Source: Microthyrium microscopicum (Eukaryota). From it: a stretch of DNA of 60,087 nt. Shown here in pieces: positions 24,970 through 38,337 of the stretch. Both the position numbers and the translations under genes were made by a program. How positions within the stretch are numbered: position 1 is the first letter of the stretch; each line of letters begins with the position of its first letter. The stretch spans positions 633,835-693,921 of the forward strand of contig MU004233.1 in NCBI GenBank assembly GCA_010405405.1, read 5' to 3'. Below the pieces are notes generated by a model. It saw only the letters and a list, made by a program, of their open reading frames with translations, was not told where the DNA came from and searched no databases.

Positions 24970-25468
24970 AAAAAGCCATTTTGAAGGTATTGCCATAGCA
25001 TAATGATATGAATTACGTGTATATCTTTCTCCAAGGTTCATCGACATGACAGATACGCACCTTGATCCTTTCTTGGCATACTAACCGGGCATGTTCATCT
25101 TTAAGGATGAAATGGCCCCCAAAATTCAACCTGGCTCCTATGCGAGACACCTAACAGGTACTTCAAAGTCCACACTGTACGACCGAGTTAAACGATTATT
25201 GCTCCAACCCGTTTTCAGGGTGCTTTTCTGTCAATAGAATGTGATACATCTTTCCAAGGCAGGGCACACAAAACGATATGCTACCAGAAACGCGACAAAT
25301 ATAGTGACCTAACACAGATTGATCCAAAACGGGAATAATAGCCGTGTCTTACAAAATCTGCCACCATCCGTAAGCTGAAGCTAACAACAACTCAATGAAC
25401 GGCTAAAGACCAATTGTAAACTCAAGCTTCTCAATATCCTCTCTTATCACTGTTCTTTCGTCGTCGCT

Positions 25469-26744
25469 ATGAATATATCTCTACCATGGCAAAACATACG
25501 GCTCTTCGGCTATCCCATGCATGATCTACCCGAAATCCAACTAGATATAGCAGGATTTCTCGCGATCCTTGGCGAAGGTTCAGTTCTAGCGAATTCCCAA
25601 GTCGCTTCTTTATCACGCATCGTTTTTCTGCCCCGATTACTTCCTGCGCCGCAGGCGCTTATGGTACCGTCCAGGCCGTCAAAGCTAGAATCTGCAGAGG
25701 GATATACTACTGGCGTCGAGTCTGGGAACCACCGCGATTATATTAACCATGTAGGACATGTATTAGTGTAAGTGATTGTTACAAGTTGTGTGGCACGAAA
25801 GAAACTGACTTGCCAGAGATGCGGAGGAAGAGCCAGATTATTCAGTAAAATGTGTCGAAATCCGACGCAAGCAGAACCGTGATGTGGCTGCCAAAGTTCT
25901 AGGACCACTCTGGCTCGTAGCAATTCTAGGCTTTGTAGAATCGCTGCTCCTGTTTGGATTCTCAGTGATGCACGATGATACAGCATCAATTATAGCCACC
26001 GTCTCGATGTCACTGCTGTCCAGCCTTATCGGAGTCAGCAACAAATGGAAACTGAACCTGCCGAAGCGCCGTCAAACCGGACTCGTCACTCCGCCTGGAA
26101 ATGTAGTCATCCGGTATTCGAATGGGAACTTTCTGGTTGTCCAGTGTACGGAAGACATAGCTCGGGAGCTTTATTTCGCGCCAGAGAACATCAAATATTT
26201 AGTCTCTCAGTCTTCAGAGTATAGGATGATATCGCTCGTTGGCACGTTTCTGCTCATGGTGGGGATTATTGCTTTGAGTAATGCTTCTTTGCCTTTGCAG
26301 GTTGGGTTTGCGGCGGCGTATATGATTCTCAACATTGCGTACTGGGTCGTTGCAGCTTTGCCGCCAGACGTGCATTGGGATATGTCATGTTTTGAGGTTC
26401 GCGAGCAATGCTTTGATAGCCTAGGTGCAACTAAAGAGGTGGCTTTCGAGGCAAAGTCCGTGGAACATAACGTCACGTTTACACAGGCTCTGTGGAAAGT
26501 TATCGTAGTCACCAAGAGCATTAAATGGATTCGAAAAAGTGATGCGGCCCCAGCAACTCCAGCTTGGGATGAATGGCTGCGTGAAGCTAGGACGTACTCC
26601 AGGAAGGCTGGATCTCGAATGGAAGTTGTTGATGATAAGATCGTAAAGGTATGGGAAATACCAGAATGGGATCCTCAGAAACGATTGAGTGAATTGGTCA
26701 AGAAACATATGAGCGATCCTGACTCAGATTATTATTCAGGCTGA
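25469..26744 (+). CDS. Fungal multi-pass membrane protein of unknown function, 2 exons
   Basis: LDIAGFLAILGEGSV...LPRLLPAPQAL in exon 1. An intron at ~25768-25816 joins in frame to ORF 25884-26744, which has about 4 hydrophobic segments. Confidence 0.75.
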
Positions 26745-27881
26745 GTTGTCTGTCCAATTTGAATGCCCTTCTCTTACAATCATGGCAGAACACTTCTTCA
26801 AATACATCAGTCTATATCGCCCAACTAAGACGAATACCATTCTGAATACATGTATAATTCTTTGTCTATTAAATGAGATCGAGATTGGGTTCCCTCGGTG
26901 CCATTCGTAACATCTCATGGCCTCCCGCGACGCCTTCCTTCTTGTCATCACTGCAAGGTTCCTCGTCCACCTTCAACTTTTGCCCAAGTATTAGTGATTG
27001 ATGACTTTGGCCACTTTTTAAAGAATATTTGATGCTCACTCCATGAGCAAGTGCTACCAAAAGTGTGCTATGCTGAATCTTTTTCTTTGTTGGGTGTTTC
27101 ACAAGCTTTTGGAGCAGGGCCTGATGAGTTACGTGCCAGAAGTGCTGCAATTCTACTGAAATGGTCTAATATCTATGTGATCAGTACGTGCCATGCTCCT
27201 GAGATAGAATATATGTTATTATCACCGGCCGCATCTCGAGGCTGCAACGCGGACCTCCCGCTACGGACTAGGAAGCTCGAAGGTCCATATGGAAATATCT
27301 TTCCCGTTCTATGTGGATGGAATAGGGAGTAGCTATCTGTTACATGATCTATAAAACGTGACTTATGTAAGACCAAGGCGTAGAGTCTTTATGAAAACCT
27401 TCAAAAGAGCTGTCACTATTTCCCATCTATTACACAGTTCGACACTGTCATCCGAGAGCTCCTATTATGCATTTCGTCTACTCGTTTCGTGTTCATCATG
27501 ATGTGCACGGATGCAAAGCAATAGTATAAGACCGCCACGGTAATTCGTTAGCCCTTATATGAAGAACAATTCGAACAAATTGTTCCAGAATATATAAGGA
27601 CCCTTGCTATTTTCTCCGTTCGGTTAATGACATGACCATGCTCCGAGTTCCAGGAAAGAGTACTTCCAATTGCTTCGACGGCTAGAGCTCAAGAAAGTAC
27701 CCCCGTAATAATCTCGCTATGTGCTATTCTACCTAGATCTTAATTCACTTCATTTGCAACGACGGCCCGGTGAAATAGATGCTTACCGATTTGCCCGTTG
27801 GCAATGGAGAGTAGATAAAGTTTCTGTGCTCATCGTGCTTTTGTGATTTGCGGCAAACTTCTTTACACTCCTTTTTTAATC

Positions 27882-29144
27882 ATGAAGTCTACTTTGGTAT
27901 CGGCAGCTTTGCTGTCTGTGGCGAGTGCCGCACCTGCTGAACAGTCAACTCAGAATGCCACCGCGTTTCTCGCGGGCGGAAATCCCTTTGCTGGAGCATC
28001 TGTGTATGCCAACACTTTTTACTCCAAGCGAGTAGAGGCTGCTATTCCAAAGCTTGCTTCAGGTCTTTCTGCCGACAAGGCCAAAGCAGTCGCCAAAATT
28101 CCATCTTTCTTCTGGATGTTCGTATTTCTGCAGCTGATTGCATTCCATGACTAACTTTGCAAAGGGATAAGCTTGAGCGAGTTCCAGAAATCGCCAACTT
28201 CGTTGCCGATGCCAAAAAGATGGGCGGAAACGTCGTCATTCCTCTCGTCGTTTACGATCTCCCCAACCGTGACTGCGCCGCTCTTGCGTCCAACGGAGAG
28301 TACTCTGTCAAAGATGGAGGTGCTGAGAAATACAAGGGATATATCAAGGCTGTCAAGGACCAGATTGTTGCTGCCGGAAGCCAGAAATTTGTTCTTGTTT
28401 GGGAGCCCGATAGTCTTGCAAACTTGGTCACCAACATGAACGAGCAAAAGTGTCAAGAAGCTGCCTCCGCCTACAAGGAACTCACCGCTTGGGGTCTCAA
28501 GGAAATGAATCTTCCCAATGTCGCAATCTACCTCGATGCTGGCCACGCTGGCTGGCTCGGCTGGGACGCCAATCTTGGTCCAGCTGCCAACCTTTTCGCC
28601 CAGATCTACCAGAGCGCTGGTAAACCCGCTGCCGTTCGTGGTCTTGCCACCAACGTGGCCAACTACAATGCTTTCAAGTTCCCAGGTGGTGCATGCCCAA
28701 GCTATGCGGAGTCCAACAAGGTCTGCGACGAGTCTCGCTACGTGAACAAGCTTGGCCCTATGCTCAAGCAAAAAGGATTCCCAGTAAGTTTCACACTACC
28801 ACATTGGCTCTGAATCTACAACTGACACATAATAGGCCAACTTCATTGTCGATACCGGCCGAAGTGGTGTTCAGCCCACCAAGCAACAGAAATGGGGCAA
28901 CTGGTGCAATGTCATCGGAACTGGCTTTGGACCTCGCCCGACTGCCAACACTGGTGACGCTTTGGTTGATGCCTTTGTCTGGGTTAAGCCAGGTGGAGAA
29001 TGTGATGGAACAAGCGACCGCAGTGCTCCACGATTCGATGCTCATTGTGATTCTCCTGATGCTCTCAAGCCAGCTCCTCAAGCTGGAGAGTGGTATCAAG
29101 CTTACTTTGAGCAACTTCTTCAGAACGCTAACCCACCAATTTAA
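27882..29144 (+). CDS. Glycoside hydrolase family 6 (cellobiohydrolase II-like, no CBM1), 3 exons
   Basis: Signal peptide, GNPFAG, VYDLPNRDC, EPDSLANLVTN, YLDAGHAGWLGW and DAFVWVKPGGECDG. Confidence 0.95.
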
Positions 29145-29595
29145 ATGTAAAATTATCTAGTCTTATGCGAGAACGAAGACCGAAAAGCAAGTCAAATGAT
29201 GCACACAATCTTATTCCCATGCGTATTGTGTCTTTTCAGTGTGCCTAGTCTTGATTGCCTGATTGATATTCTCCTACTACCTTCTCAGAAGGCTTTATAA
29301 ATGTAGTATGCTATCCATACACAAGGTCCAAGGCATAGTTTTCCCGGATGTCAGCTTGAACATTCGCACAGGTTCAAATATACACATCACAAGACCAATG
29401 TTATGCCAGACTATAAGTAATTACTCCGGTCCTGTTAAGGTCAATTGTGTCAGAGCCCATGTCAAGAAATGTCCGTACAAGGGCTGTCTATATTAGCTAA
29501 AATTTAGTACCAATGCTCCAGCTATGCCAAACAAATTGTTTTCCAAGCGTCTGATATACACTGCAATTTCATCTTGCAATCACATCACAAACACA

Positions 29596-30613
29596 ATGAA
29601 GTCAATCGTTCTCGCCTTGGCTGGCACAGCCACTGCCGGCTCAGTCCTTTGGGATGGCCGCTTCAATGACATGGCATCCAGCAAGGACCTAGAGAAATGT
29701 AAATACGCGCTCGAAATATTCCCTCTGCCAATACTAAGCATCGCTCAGGGTCCTGGGGTAACCAAGTTGGTGCATACCAATACTACATCCATGGTAAAAG
29801 CGATGTCACCAAGTACGCAAACCTCTCGCCTGATTTCAAGAATCCTGCGGACAAGACTTCAAAAGCGGGTGTGAAGATTACCATCGACGGTTCGGCGAAA
29901 TGGAACTCGGATATGTGGAGGACGGAGTTGATCCCACAGACCAAGGCAGCTATCAATAAGGGGAAAGTGTTCTATCATTTCAGTATGAAGAAGACTGCAA
30001 AGAATGCTCCTAGCACGGCGCATGAGCATCAGGTGAACTTTTTGTAAGTGGGAAGGTGGTATGTGAGGGATTTAGGCTAATTGTTGAGGTAGCGAGAGCC
30101 ATTTTACTGAGATGAAGTATGGAACCATCAGTATGTATAGTGTCAAGACTGATATCTCAAGATACTGACTAAAGGAATAGATGGTCAACAGAATGGCAAT
30201 CCAACCCATTTGCAGTGGATGGTTGGTGGTCAAAAGCAGTGGAGCGCTCAGTGGGAGCCAGAAGTTTGGCACAACATTGCTTACGAAATTGTAAGCTTGG
30301 AAGAAAATGTAGAAAAGCTCCATACTGACATGAGTACAGGATTTTGATGGGAAAAGTGTGACATACTGGCACTCGACTGGCGCAGATGCGCTGAACAAGA
30401 CAGCCGGGCCTGTTAAGGCTTCTGCCAATTCTGTAAGCTGAATCTCCTCAAAAAGATGACCAAGCTAACATATGACAGGATGGAAAAGATTGGCACTTGG
30501 GAGTACTTCGACTACCAAAAGGTAACGATGCCAGCCCAGAAGATTGGTATTTTAGTGGTGTCTACGTAGAGTCGGGCCCGATTACTACATCAGTATCCGG
30601 GCCAAGCGCATAA
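29596..30613 (+). CDS. Glycoside hydrolase family 131 beta-glucanase, many short introns
   Basis: Signal peptide, VLWDGRFND, YQYYIHG, MWRTELIPQT, HEHQVNF|ESHFTE and DWHLGVLRLP across the exons. Confidence 0.9.
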
Positions 30614-30670
30614 AAACAGGCCATCTTAGAATGAACATGATATCTGCACTGATTACAGCCGAGTTTCTAA

Positions 30671-31649
30671 TCAACCAGTGTGTCTTCCTTGAAACTCAGC
30701 CTTAGAGCCGACCGTCTTGACCGACTCTCGCTCCAACAATGATCCAAGCCATTTGGCGAAAGCAGGAAGCTCTGTCTTGAAGTCCCATTCAAAGCCAAAA
30801 GGTGGACCAGTGGCCACGAGCTTGAACCAAGGTACGAAAGCAAGGTCCGCGTAGCTGAGTTTGTCACTGACAAGGTACGCCTTCTTGGTTTTCTTGAGGT
30901 GTGCATCAATGACACCGGAGACTCGCTTAATCTCATTTTTGTAACGCTCGATGGCGGATGGGATTTTCTAGAAGAATTGTCAGTCTGGATGCAATCAACC
31001 TCTCCAACATCAAGACAATCGAGCCATATGGGTGATGTTTTTAACTGTGATGTCTGCCGGGACACCGTGTGGGAAGAAAAATCTTCAATCTCGAGTTCGA
31101 TGACTCGTATATCGCGTGATAACAGCCATACTTGAAGGGATGCTATGGCAGATATCGTAGTTGATGAGTGCATCGCCCAGATGGCTCAACCATACAGACA
31201 CTAAAGGGTTCTATCTAGGGTCGGTTTCAAACCTCGCCATGGAAATTGCTGAACCAAGCAAATTGGCCAAAGTACGGGCCCTGGCCACTCATCTGGAAAT
31301 GTAGGAAGGACTTTTCGGTCCAGTGGTCTTGTCCGGAAGGATGGTTCAACTTGTTCTCCTTGTCATAGGTGGCAATGAGATATTCAAGAATAGCGCCGGA
31401 CTAGGCAGGTTAGTGATTGGACTTGTCACAGACACAGATGCTTCCTACCTCGAAGATGGTGACTCCAGTGTTAGGGTCTTCGAGGGCTGGAACACGCCCA
31501 TTGGGGTTGAGAGAGATGAACGGCTCTTCTTTGACTTCGGGAACTTTCAGTCCCTCGTATGGAATACCAAGCTCTTCAAGGAGGATGCCGACTTTGACGG
31601 GATTGGGGCTCTGGCTAGCGCCGTGGAGCTTGAGTGGCTTGATGGACAT
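30671..31649 (-). CDS. Glutathione S-transferase, Ure2p-like class, 3 exons
   Basis: SPNPVKV, LNPNGRVPALED, IFE|SGAILEYL, FQMSGQGPYFGQ and |KIPSAIERYKNEIKRV...SYADLAFVPW. The long second intron spans ~30968-31232. Confidence 0.9.
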
Positions 31650-31740
31650 GTTGGGCGAGACAATTGCGATGGGGTACTGTTAATTGAATTGAGAAAACCG
31701 GAGGCTTGATACGAAAGGTTTGTAGAGAGACTTGGGGATC

Positions 31741-31787
31741 TTTATACCTGTCCGCAAGTGAGGAGCTGAAGTTGAGTCCCTGACTCA
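31741..31787 (-). promoter_or_regulatory. GST promoter: TATA box and AP-1/Gcn4-type site
   Basis: TATAAA on the minus strand at 31741-31746, ~90 bp upstream of the ATG. TGACTCA at 31781-31787. Confidence 0.45.
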
Positions 31788-31964
31788 AAGAGGAAAGGCT
31801 CGTCCAGGAGCATACCTTCCTCTCAGGTCAAAGACAAGTTCTCAGTCACATAATTCCAGTCGTAATTGCTTAAAAATCACATAGCCGTGCATATGGCTCC
31901 TGGTCAAACTTGAAGCCTCAAAACGGTAGTAACGAGTCTAACGACGATTGGGGGCCTGCATATC

Positions 31965-32175
31965 TCGGATAACTTGCTTAGATCCGAGTGGACGAATGTC
32001 AATTGACATTAGTTGGCGCACAAAATGGCCCATAACATTGATCCGACACTATGTGGCATGGTAGTCTTCAAAGACTTGCTTGATAATCAGAGGAATGCGA
32101 CCCCAAACAAACATCAAAATGCCCAAGGCTGGCGTGTAAACTTTCGGATGTATTGCATACATCCGAGTGGACGAA
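31965..32175. repeat. Two copies of a 32-bp palindromic element TCGGAT-N11-ATCCGAGTGGACGAA
   Basis: Copies at 31965-31996 and 32144-32175, 27/32 identical. Confidence 0.8.
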
Positions 32176-32468
32176 AGATGTGCTGACTGATGCGCTTAGC
32201 CTAATATGGAGCCCAATTAGACGAGGCTGGCCTTGGCACGCCCTTTTCGTTATGTCCAGAACTCCGCATCACAGACTTCAGCTTAAATTCGGAGCCGAAA
32301 AGGTCTCAGACTGAGAAAATTGATCAGCTTGGAAGCTGTTTGATGCATTGGGTCCAAGGGGGGTTGTTGAGCCTCTGCATTTCTAGTTCAAATAACTCAA
32401 ACGGGTTGCGTTGACTCTGTAGCTGACGGGTAAGGTGAAGTCAGTATATAATGTCCGTGATTGCATAA

Positions 32469-34207
32469 TCAGCGTCTCAAAAGTGGCTTCATGAACGGTA
32501 ACAAGAACGATCTTTCAGAGTACAGTCTATTTTGTGTTAGTCACAATCAACATGGGGTCGTGAAACCTACAATGACAACCCAAAAACGCCCGTTATAACA
32601 GATGTGAAAACAATGTCTTGTAAATGACCCTGAAGTGGAACTGAAGAGTTCAGACCTGAATGAAGTATTGACCATGCCCCTATGGCAGATGCAATACTCA
32701 TTGAATTGGGCATGATTGATGCCCATTGAAAGTCCTAAAACCTGTGAGCCGGGAAGCCTGACATGCCAATAATTACACAGACCTGTTTGTTCTCGCGAAA
32801 GAAGCTAGTGAAGAACCAGCCATTGAAGCAGATCCTCAATACCATGTTGACACAATTTGCAAGCACGAGACCCCGGGCTCCAAGGTCCAAGACTCTCATA
32901 AAGAACCATGTTGCCGCAGAAAAGAGCAGAAACCAAAGTCCCATGAGGCCGGATTGGATATGAAGGATCGGATTGGGAGCAACTGCAGCAACAAAAGCCT
33001 CGGTTACTCCATTGATGGCCAATAGAGGTATGTAGTAGCAGTATGTTACCAGAACTGGACTGGCTTGTGTATCTGCCCATTGAGCACCAGCTACAATGCG
33101 TAGTAGAATTGGTGCAACACTAGGCCCAATAGTACAAGCGACAAGACCTATAATGCTGTAAAGCTTGAGGACGTTTTGCAGTAGTTCACGGGCACTTTGA
33201 ACTTTGTTGTCTGGTTGTGTCTTTGGAGCGATTTCTTTGCCAGACATTTCTTTTTCTTTGAGAGGATTTACGTCCTCGGTCGAGCAAAGCTGAGCGAAAA
33301 TAGTGCGACTGGTCTCCTCTATTGGCTGGAATAGCATACGAGCTATTAATCCACCATAGTTGGAGGCCAAAGCGTAAGCACCTTGATCACTGAGACTCGC
33401 AAGGGTTGCTATCAAGATACCATCGCCTTGAGTTAATACATATTTGAACAAGTTTTGAAAGAGCAGACTCGCGCTTAGTCTACAAAGAGATTTGGAGAAG
33501 AAGCCTCGTATGTATTCAGACCTACAGATTTTAGATGACTTGAATGTATCAAAAATTACCACGACTTACCCCTGAATATATGTTGGGAAAAGAGAGAACT
33601 TCTCAGCCTTGGACACGGGCCATATCTTGACAGCATAAACGACCAGAGTCATAGTCGCAAAAGCGAATTGGCCCGCCGCAAAAGGGAGAACACCAGGTGC
33701 AGAACCAAGCCTCGTGGCGACAACAGCAACCGCGCATGTGAGAAGACATCGACTAATTGTTGCTATAGTCTCAGCCGATGCTCTTACTCTGAACAGCAGT
33801 CTCTGTTGGGCTGCCACGAACGCAGGCTCGGCGAGTAACTCAACAACACAGCTGATGGCGTACACCCATAGGGCTTGACTGAAATAGGGGACATGAGGGA
33901 TTTCGGTTCTCAGGTACAAAGCCGCAAGGACATATGCTAATGGCCCGCCAAATACGATAGACAGATATGCCAGATTGACAACAGCTTGAGCGTTTTTGGG
34001 CTGCCGTTGAGCAGCAACTTCAATGCTATCCTTGGAAAAGGATAAAACGGTCCGAGAATATAGGTCCAGTTGAGCAGATAGTCCCAATATTTCAGGGGAC
34101 ATGTAACGAAGGAGGATCTGGTTGATCAGAAAAGTAAAACCCCTGGATGCCAGCTGGAAGATGATCAGGAAGCTCGTGCCTTTGGCGGAGGTGGAAAGAA
34201 CGGACAT
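32469..34207 (-). CDS. rft1: Oligosaccharide translocation protein RFT1, 4 exons
   Basis: GTSFLIIFQLASRGFTFLINQILLR, KYVLTQGD, QGAYALASNYGGLIARMLFQPIEE, YIPLLAINGVTEAF and GLVLANCVNM. Confidence 0.93.
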
Positions 34208-34661
34208 GGTTATCTGATAGCAAACGAATGAAGGTTGTGGAAGATGATGTTTGGCATTTTCATGATGGCGGTATATCACCAAAGTCAACACCAAATAAAC
34301 ACATCACAACTCCAAGAAAAGATGGAGATATAGCTCCCTAGACGCGCGCTTGTGTACACACTAAGGGCGCTTATCGAGCTCGGGTCACTCGTGGACGTCA
34401 AGGGCGGGCGGCCTCATGATCTCCAGCCTCATTCCCCCTCCTCTCGCGCTGTCTCTCATGTCTTTCACTTGGTACGCTGATAAATACACTCCTCGTGACA
34501 TTGTGATCCAGTCATACTGCCAGTGAGCTGACTGTTTCACTACCAACTTCATACGTCTACCTATACCGTCCCTCTAGTCTCCCTCAAACGCCTCCGGAAG
34601 CCCCGCCCATTCCTGCCTATATACTCACCAATTCCTACCATAGTTGGAGCTTCAAAGCGTC

Positions 34662-36942
34662 ATGTCGGCCGTTCAGTATGCTCCATGGTCTTCAGACATT
34701 GAGCTGTCCTTCTATGCCGCCTTGGCCTCCCTCAAGATTGACAAGGACCGCCTAGATGACTCGGCTCGTAAAGTTCTTGGCTTGTATGAGATCCGAGCCT
34801 CCGATGCGCCAGATCGGTCAGCTCGGATGCAGATCCATGGAAACGCTCTGACGACTGATGAGTATGTAACTATACACGCGTTCCTTCGAAGGCGAGCTGA
34901 CGTTATTCAGTGTACCCGCTGGATTCTATCGCGCTGAGGGATCTATCAAAAACTTCAACACGCTCGAGGAATATAAGAACGCAGATCGCTCACAGATTCA
35001 AGATCAAGCAGGTCGAACAGTATGGGAAATCTTTCAAATTTTCAAGAAACCGAACTAACGATCTTCAAGATATGGGAAGCCATCAAAGACGAAACAATAT
35101 ATTCATGTCCCTCCCTCCTCGCGTCGTTTTATGCCGTCTCATTTGCGAATCTGAAGAAATACAAGTTCACATACCACTACACCTTTCCAGCACTACACTC
35201 GGACCCTGCCTGGAAGATGGCTCCGGACAGCGAGATTGGCAAATTAACGCCTAAAGAAACGACCCTCTTGGTGGACACTGTACAGACATGGCGGTACGCC
35301 GTAGATACTCGACAGCATGGGTTTTTCTTAGCAAAGAAAGTGCGCATAACTTTTCGTCATAACAGATCGTACTCCACCAATAGCAAGCAATCAGATCATG
35401 AAGATAATCGACCGCAAACACCCAAAACTCCTACAGTCGAAGAGCTTGGGTTCTCATGGAGTGTAGGCACCATATCCAGTTTCAAACAAGGCTTTTTTGA
35501 CAGAGTCGCCAAAGAAGACCAATATATATGCTTCGCAGATCCATCTACGTTTCCTTCGAATCCAGGATGGATGCTACGGAACTACCTCGTTCTCATTCGA
35601 CAGCTATGGGGCTTAAGTAATGTCCAAATTTTGTGTTATCGAGATACACCACCCAGAAGGGACCAACCTAACAGCATCATTCTTCGACTTATGACCGCTT
35701 CTGATCAGCCAGCACTTACAGACATGCCCAAAACCACAGGATGGGAGCGGATGCAAAACCGTCTTGCTTCAAGAACTGTTGATCTGGGTGCCTACATGGA
35801 TCCTACCAAACTAGCCGACCAAGCAGTGGACCTCAATCTAAAGCTCATTAAGTGGAGAATTGCTCCGGCAATCGACCTGGACGTCATAAAGAACACTTCC
35901 TGTCTCCTTCTCGGTGCTGGCACGCTTGGTAGTTATGTTTCACGAAATCTCATGGGTTGGGGCGTGCGCAAGATCACATTTGTCGACAGTGCTACAGTGA
36001 GCTTTTCAAATCCAGTTCGTCAACCACTCTTTGGGTTTCAGGATTGTCTTGATGGCGGCGCAAGGAAAGCAACGCGCGCTGCTGCTGCACTCAAAGAAAT
36101 ATATCCAGGAGTGGAATCACGCGGAGAGGTCATGAATGTTCCCATGGTCGGGCATCCGGTGCTCGATGAATCAAAAACAAAGGAAGAGTTTGAGAAACTC
36201 AAGGCGCTGATTGATGAGCACGATGTCATATTCCTCTTACTTGATTCAAGAGAGAGTCGTTGGCTTCCTACGCTCATGGGCAAGGCAGCTGGCAAAATAG
36301 TTCTCAATGCCGCACTCGGATTTGAAAGCTACGTCGTAATGCGGCAAGGTCTTAAGCCAACAAAAGACGGCGAAGTCGAGCTTGGCTGCTATTTCTGCAA
36401 CGACGTAGTTGCTCCTGCCAACGTAAGTTCACATAATTTTGCTGTCTAATTATCCTAACATTTCTACTCAGTCTCTCAAAGATGCCACCCTGGACCAACA
36501 ATGCACAGTTACCCGTCCGGGTATTGCCCCTATCGCCTCAGCACTCCTCGTAGAACTCCTAGTTTCCATCCTCCAACATCCACTACGCAGTCGCGCCCCA
36601 GCACCAGTCTCACCTCACTCATCCGTCACACCCGCCGTTCCGGATCCCTTTGAGCATCCACTAGGCTCCGTGCCGCACACTATGCGCGGCTTCCTTAGCA
36701 ACTGGAGCACAATGCAAATCGTAGGCGCCCCTTACTCGAGTTGTAGCGCGTGCAGCGATACTATCGTTCAAGCGTACGAGTCGCAGGGCTGGGAATTCAT
36801 CCGACGAGCACTAAGTGAGAAAGGCTGGGTGGAGGAGGTCAGTGGATTGGCAGAAGTACAGCGGAGAGCAGAGGAGATGGAGGCGGATGTCGATTGGGAT
36901 GAAGAGTCAGGAGAGGAAGAAGGTGACGGCGAACTACTTTGA
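34662..36942 (+). CDS. atg7: Autophagy E1-like enzyme Atg7, 4 exons
   Basis: [46 protein letters not shown] and [11 protein letters not shown]. Transcribed divergently from rft1. Confidence 0.97.
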
Positions 36943-37544
36943 GCCAGAAATGATTCCATAGTTTTCTAGGATGATGGGAGGCAATACCCTGTGTTGAAGA
37001 GTATAGTTTTATAATGTTTTATGATAGCGAATCTAACTTAATTTTAGTTGACGACCGGGACTTTTGTTAGACTCACACTAGTATATCTCATATCATTCTT
37101 CCAAGGACGAAGGCTTGATGAGCCTCGTGTCGTCGTTCGAGGCGTTGCCAATATCAAGCGCAAAAGATTGAAAAGAAGGATATCGTGATAACATGCAATA
37201 CCGCCCAGCAAGGTCAGTATGAGCGTATATGAAATCGATAGTCAAGTAAGGTCTCTTATGCTTTAATTATTATTCGTAGCAGACCGGGTGATCATCAATG
37301 TGCCTTATTCGGTTGGCAATAGTACAGTACGTTATCTTACGACTGCTGCGAACAGGACCTGAATAAAGCCATGGCTCCCATCTGGCACTCTCTGTTATCG
37401 AATGCTTCATTTTCCCAAAAACGGTGCTCAACTCCTCATCATTCTTCCAGTTCGTATGGAACAGAAGATCTTTTACTTAGCAGAATTGGTAAGAGCCATC
37501 ATAAGTCATGGGACCGAGTCTTGTAACTTACCATTTTGCTTTGA

Positions 37545-38337
37545 CTATTTGATCGTCACTTGAGTCTTTTTCCTCAGACCGTTCTTGTACTCATCAATGG
37601 CCTCCCCGTTCATGTAACCGTCGATATAACACTCTCCAACTAGTTTATACCTGAAGTTTGTTAGTAGAAGATTATGACCAAAAGCTGACATCCTCCTAGA
37701 GGAGCACCTCCAGAGATATACGGAAACCATCGCATGTAGTATCAGCCGATCACTCGATCAAATAATTGTTCCCTGACAGTCGCCCAACACATCGAACAAG
37801 CGATGTTTTAAAGAGCACAGAAGATGGCTGAGGAGTGGGCACTATAAGATAAACTCACCAGTTTTCGAGTGGACGCAGGACTACGGGCACCCTACATCCG
37901 AACAAAATCCAGACCTGATCTTCAAGTGAGGCAGTGTGCGGCCCCATCCCCAAAGCACCCTCTCGCGTGGTCATCAGACGTAGCTGATAGCGGTATATTT
38001 TTTCGCAAGCATGAATGGCGTATAGATGGGCGTCAGGACTCATCGCATTGAGATCAATTGGCGAATTAAGACTGGACGTCCAATCTAGTTGCCACTCCTC
38101 CAAGCTGCGACCTTGAATTACTACAGACTTGTTCATCGTCCACCATTCAAAGAAATCATAATTTGGATCCTTCGAGTCGTTGATGGCTCGAAGTAGAAGC
38201 TCATCAAAGCCCCCAATGGAGATATCCGGCTTCAACGGCATCTCTTGGAGTCTGTCGCACAAAATCGTTCTTCCAAGCGCGATCTTGAGATTTTCTCCGG
38301 CGCTGCACTGTCCAGACTCTTCAGTAAAGAGGGAGCA
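37545..38337 (-). pseudogene. 3' fragment of a HET-6-like heterokaryon-incompatibility gene, cut by a retrotransposon LTR
   Basis: LGRTILCD, RLMTTREGALGMGP...DQVWILFGCRVPVVLRP and W|YKLVGECYIDGYMNGEA (intron 37651-37858) are HET-6 C-terminal hallmarks. No 5' part is present before the LTR at 38338. Confidence 0.8.

Noticed and set aside
30667..31173. 168-aa minus-strand ORF, and the GST as a truncated pseudogene
   Set aside because: The ORF is an off-frame reading across the GST intron and exon 3. The GST is intact once the long intron is spliced.
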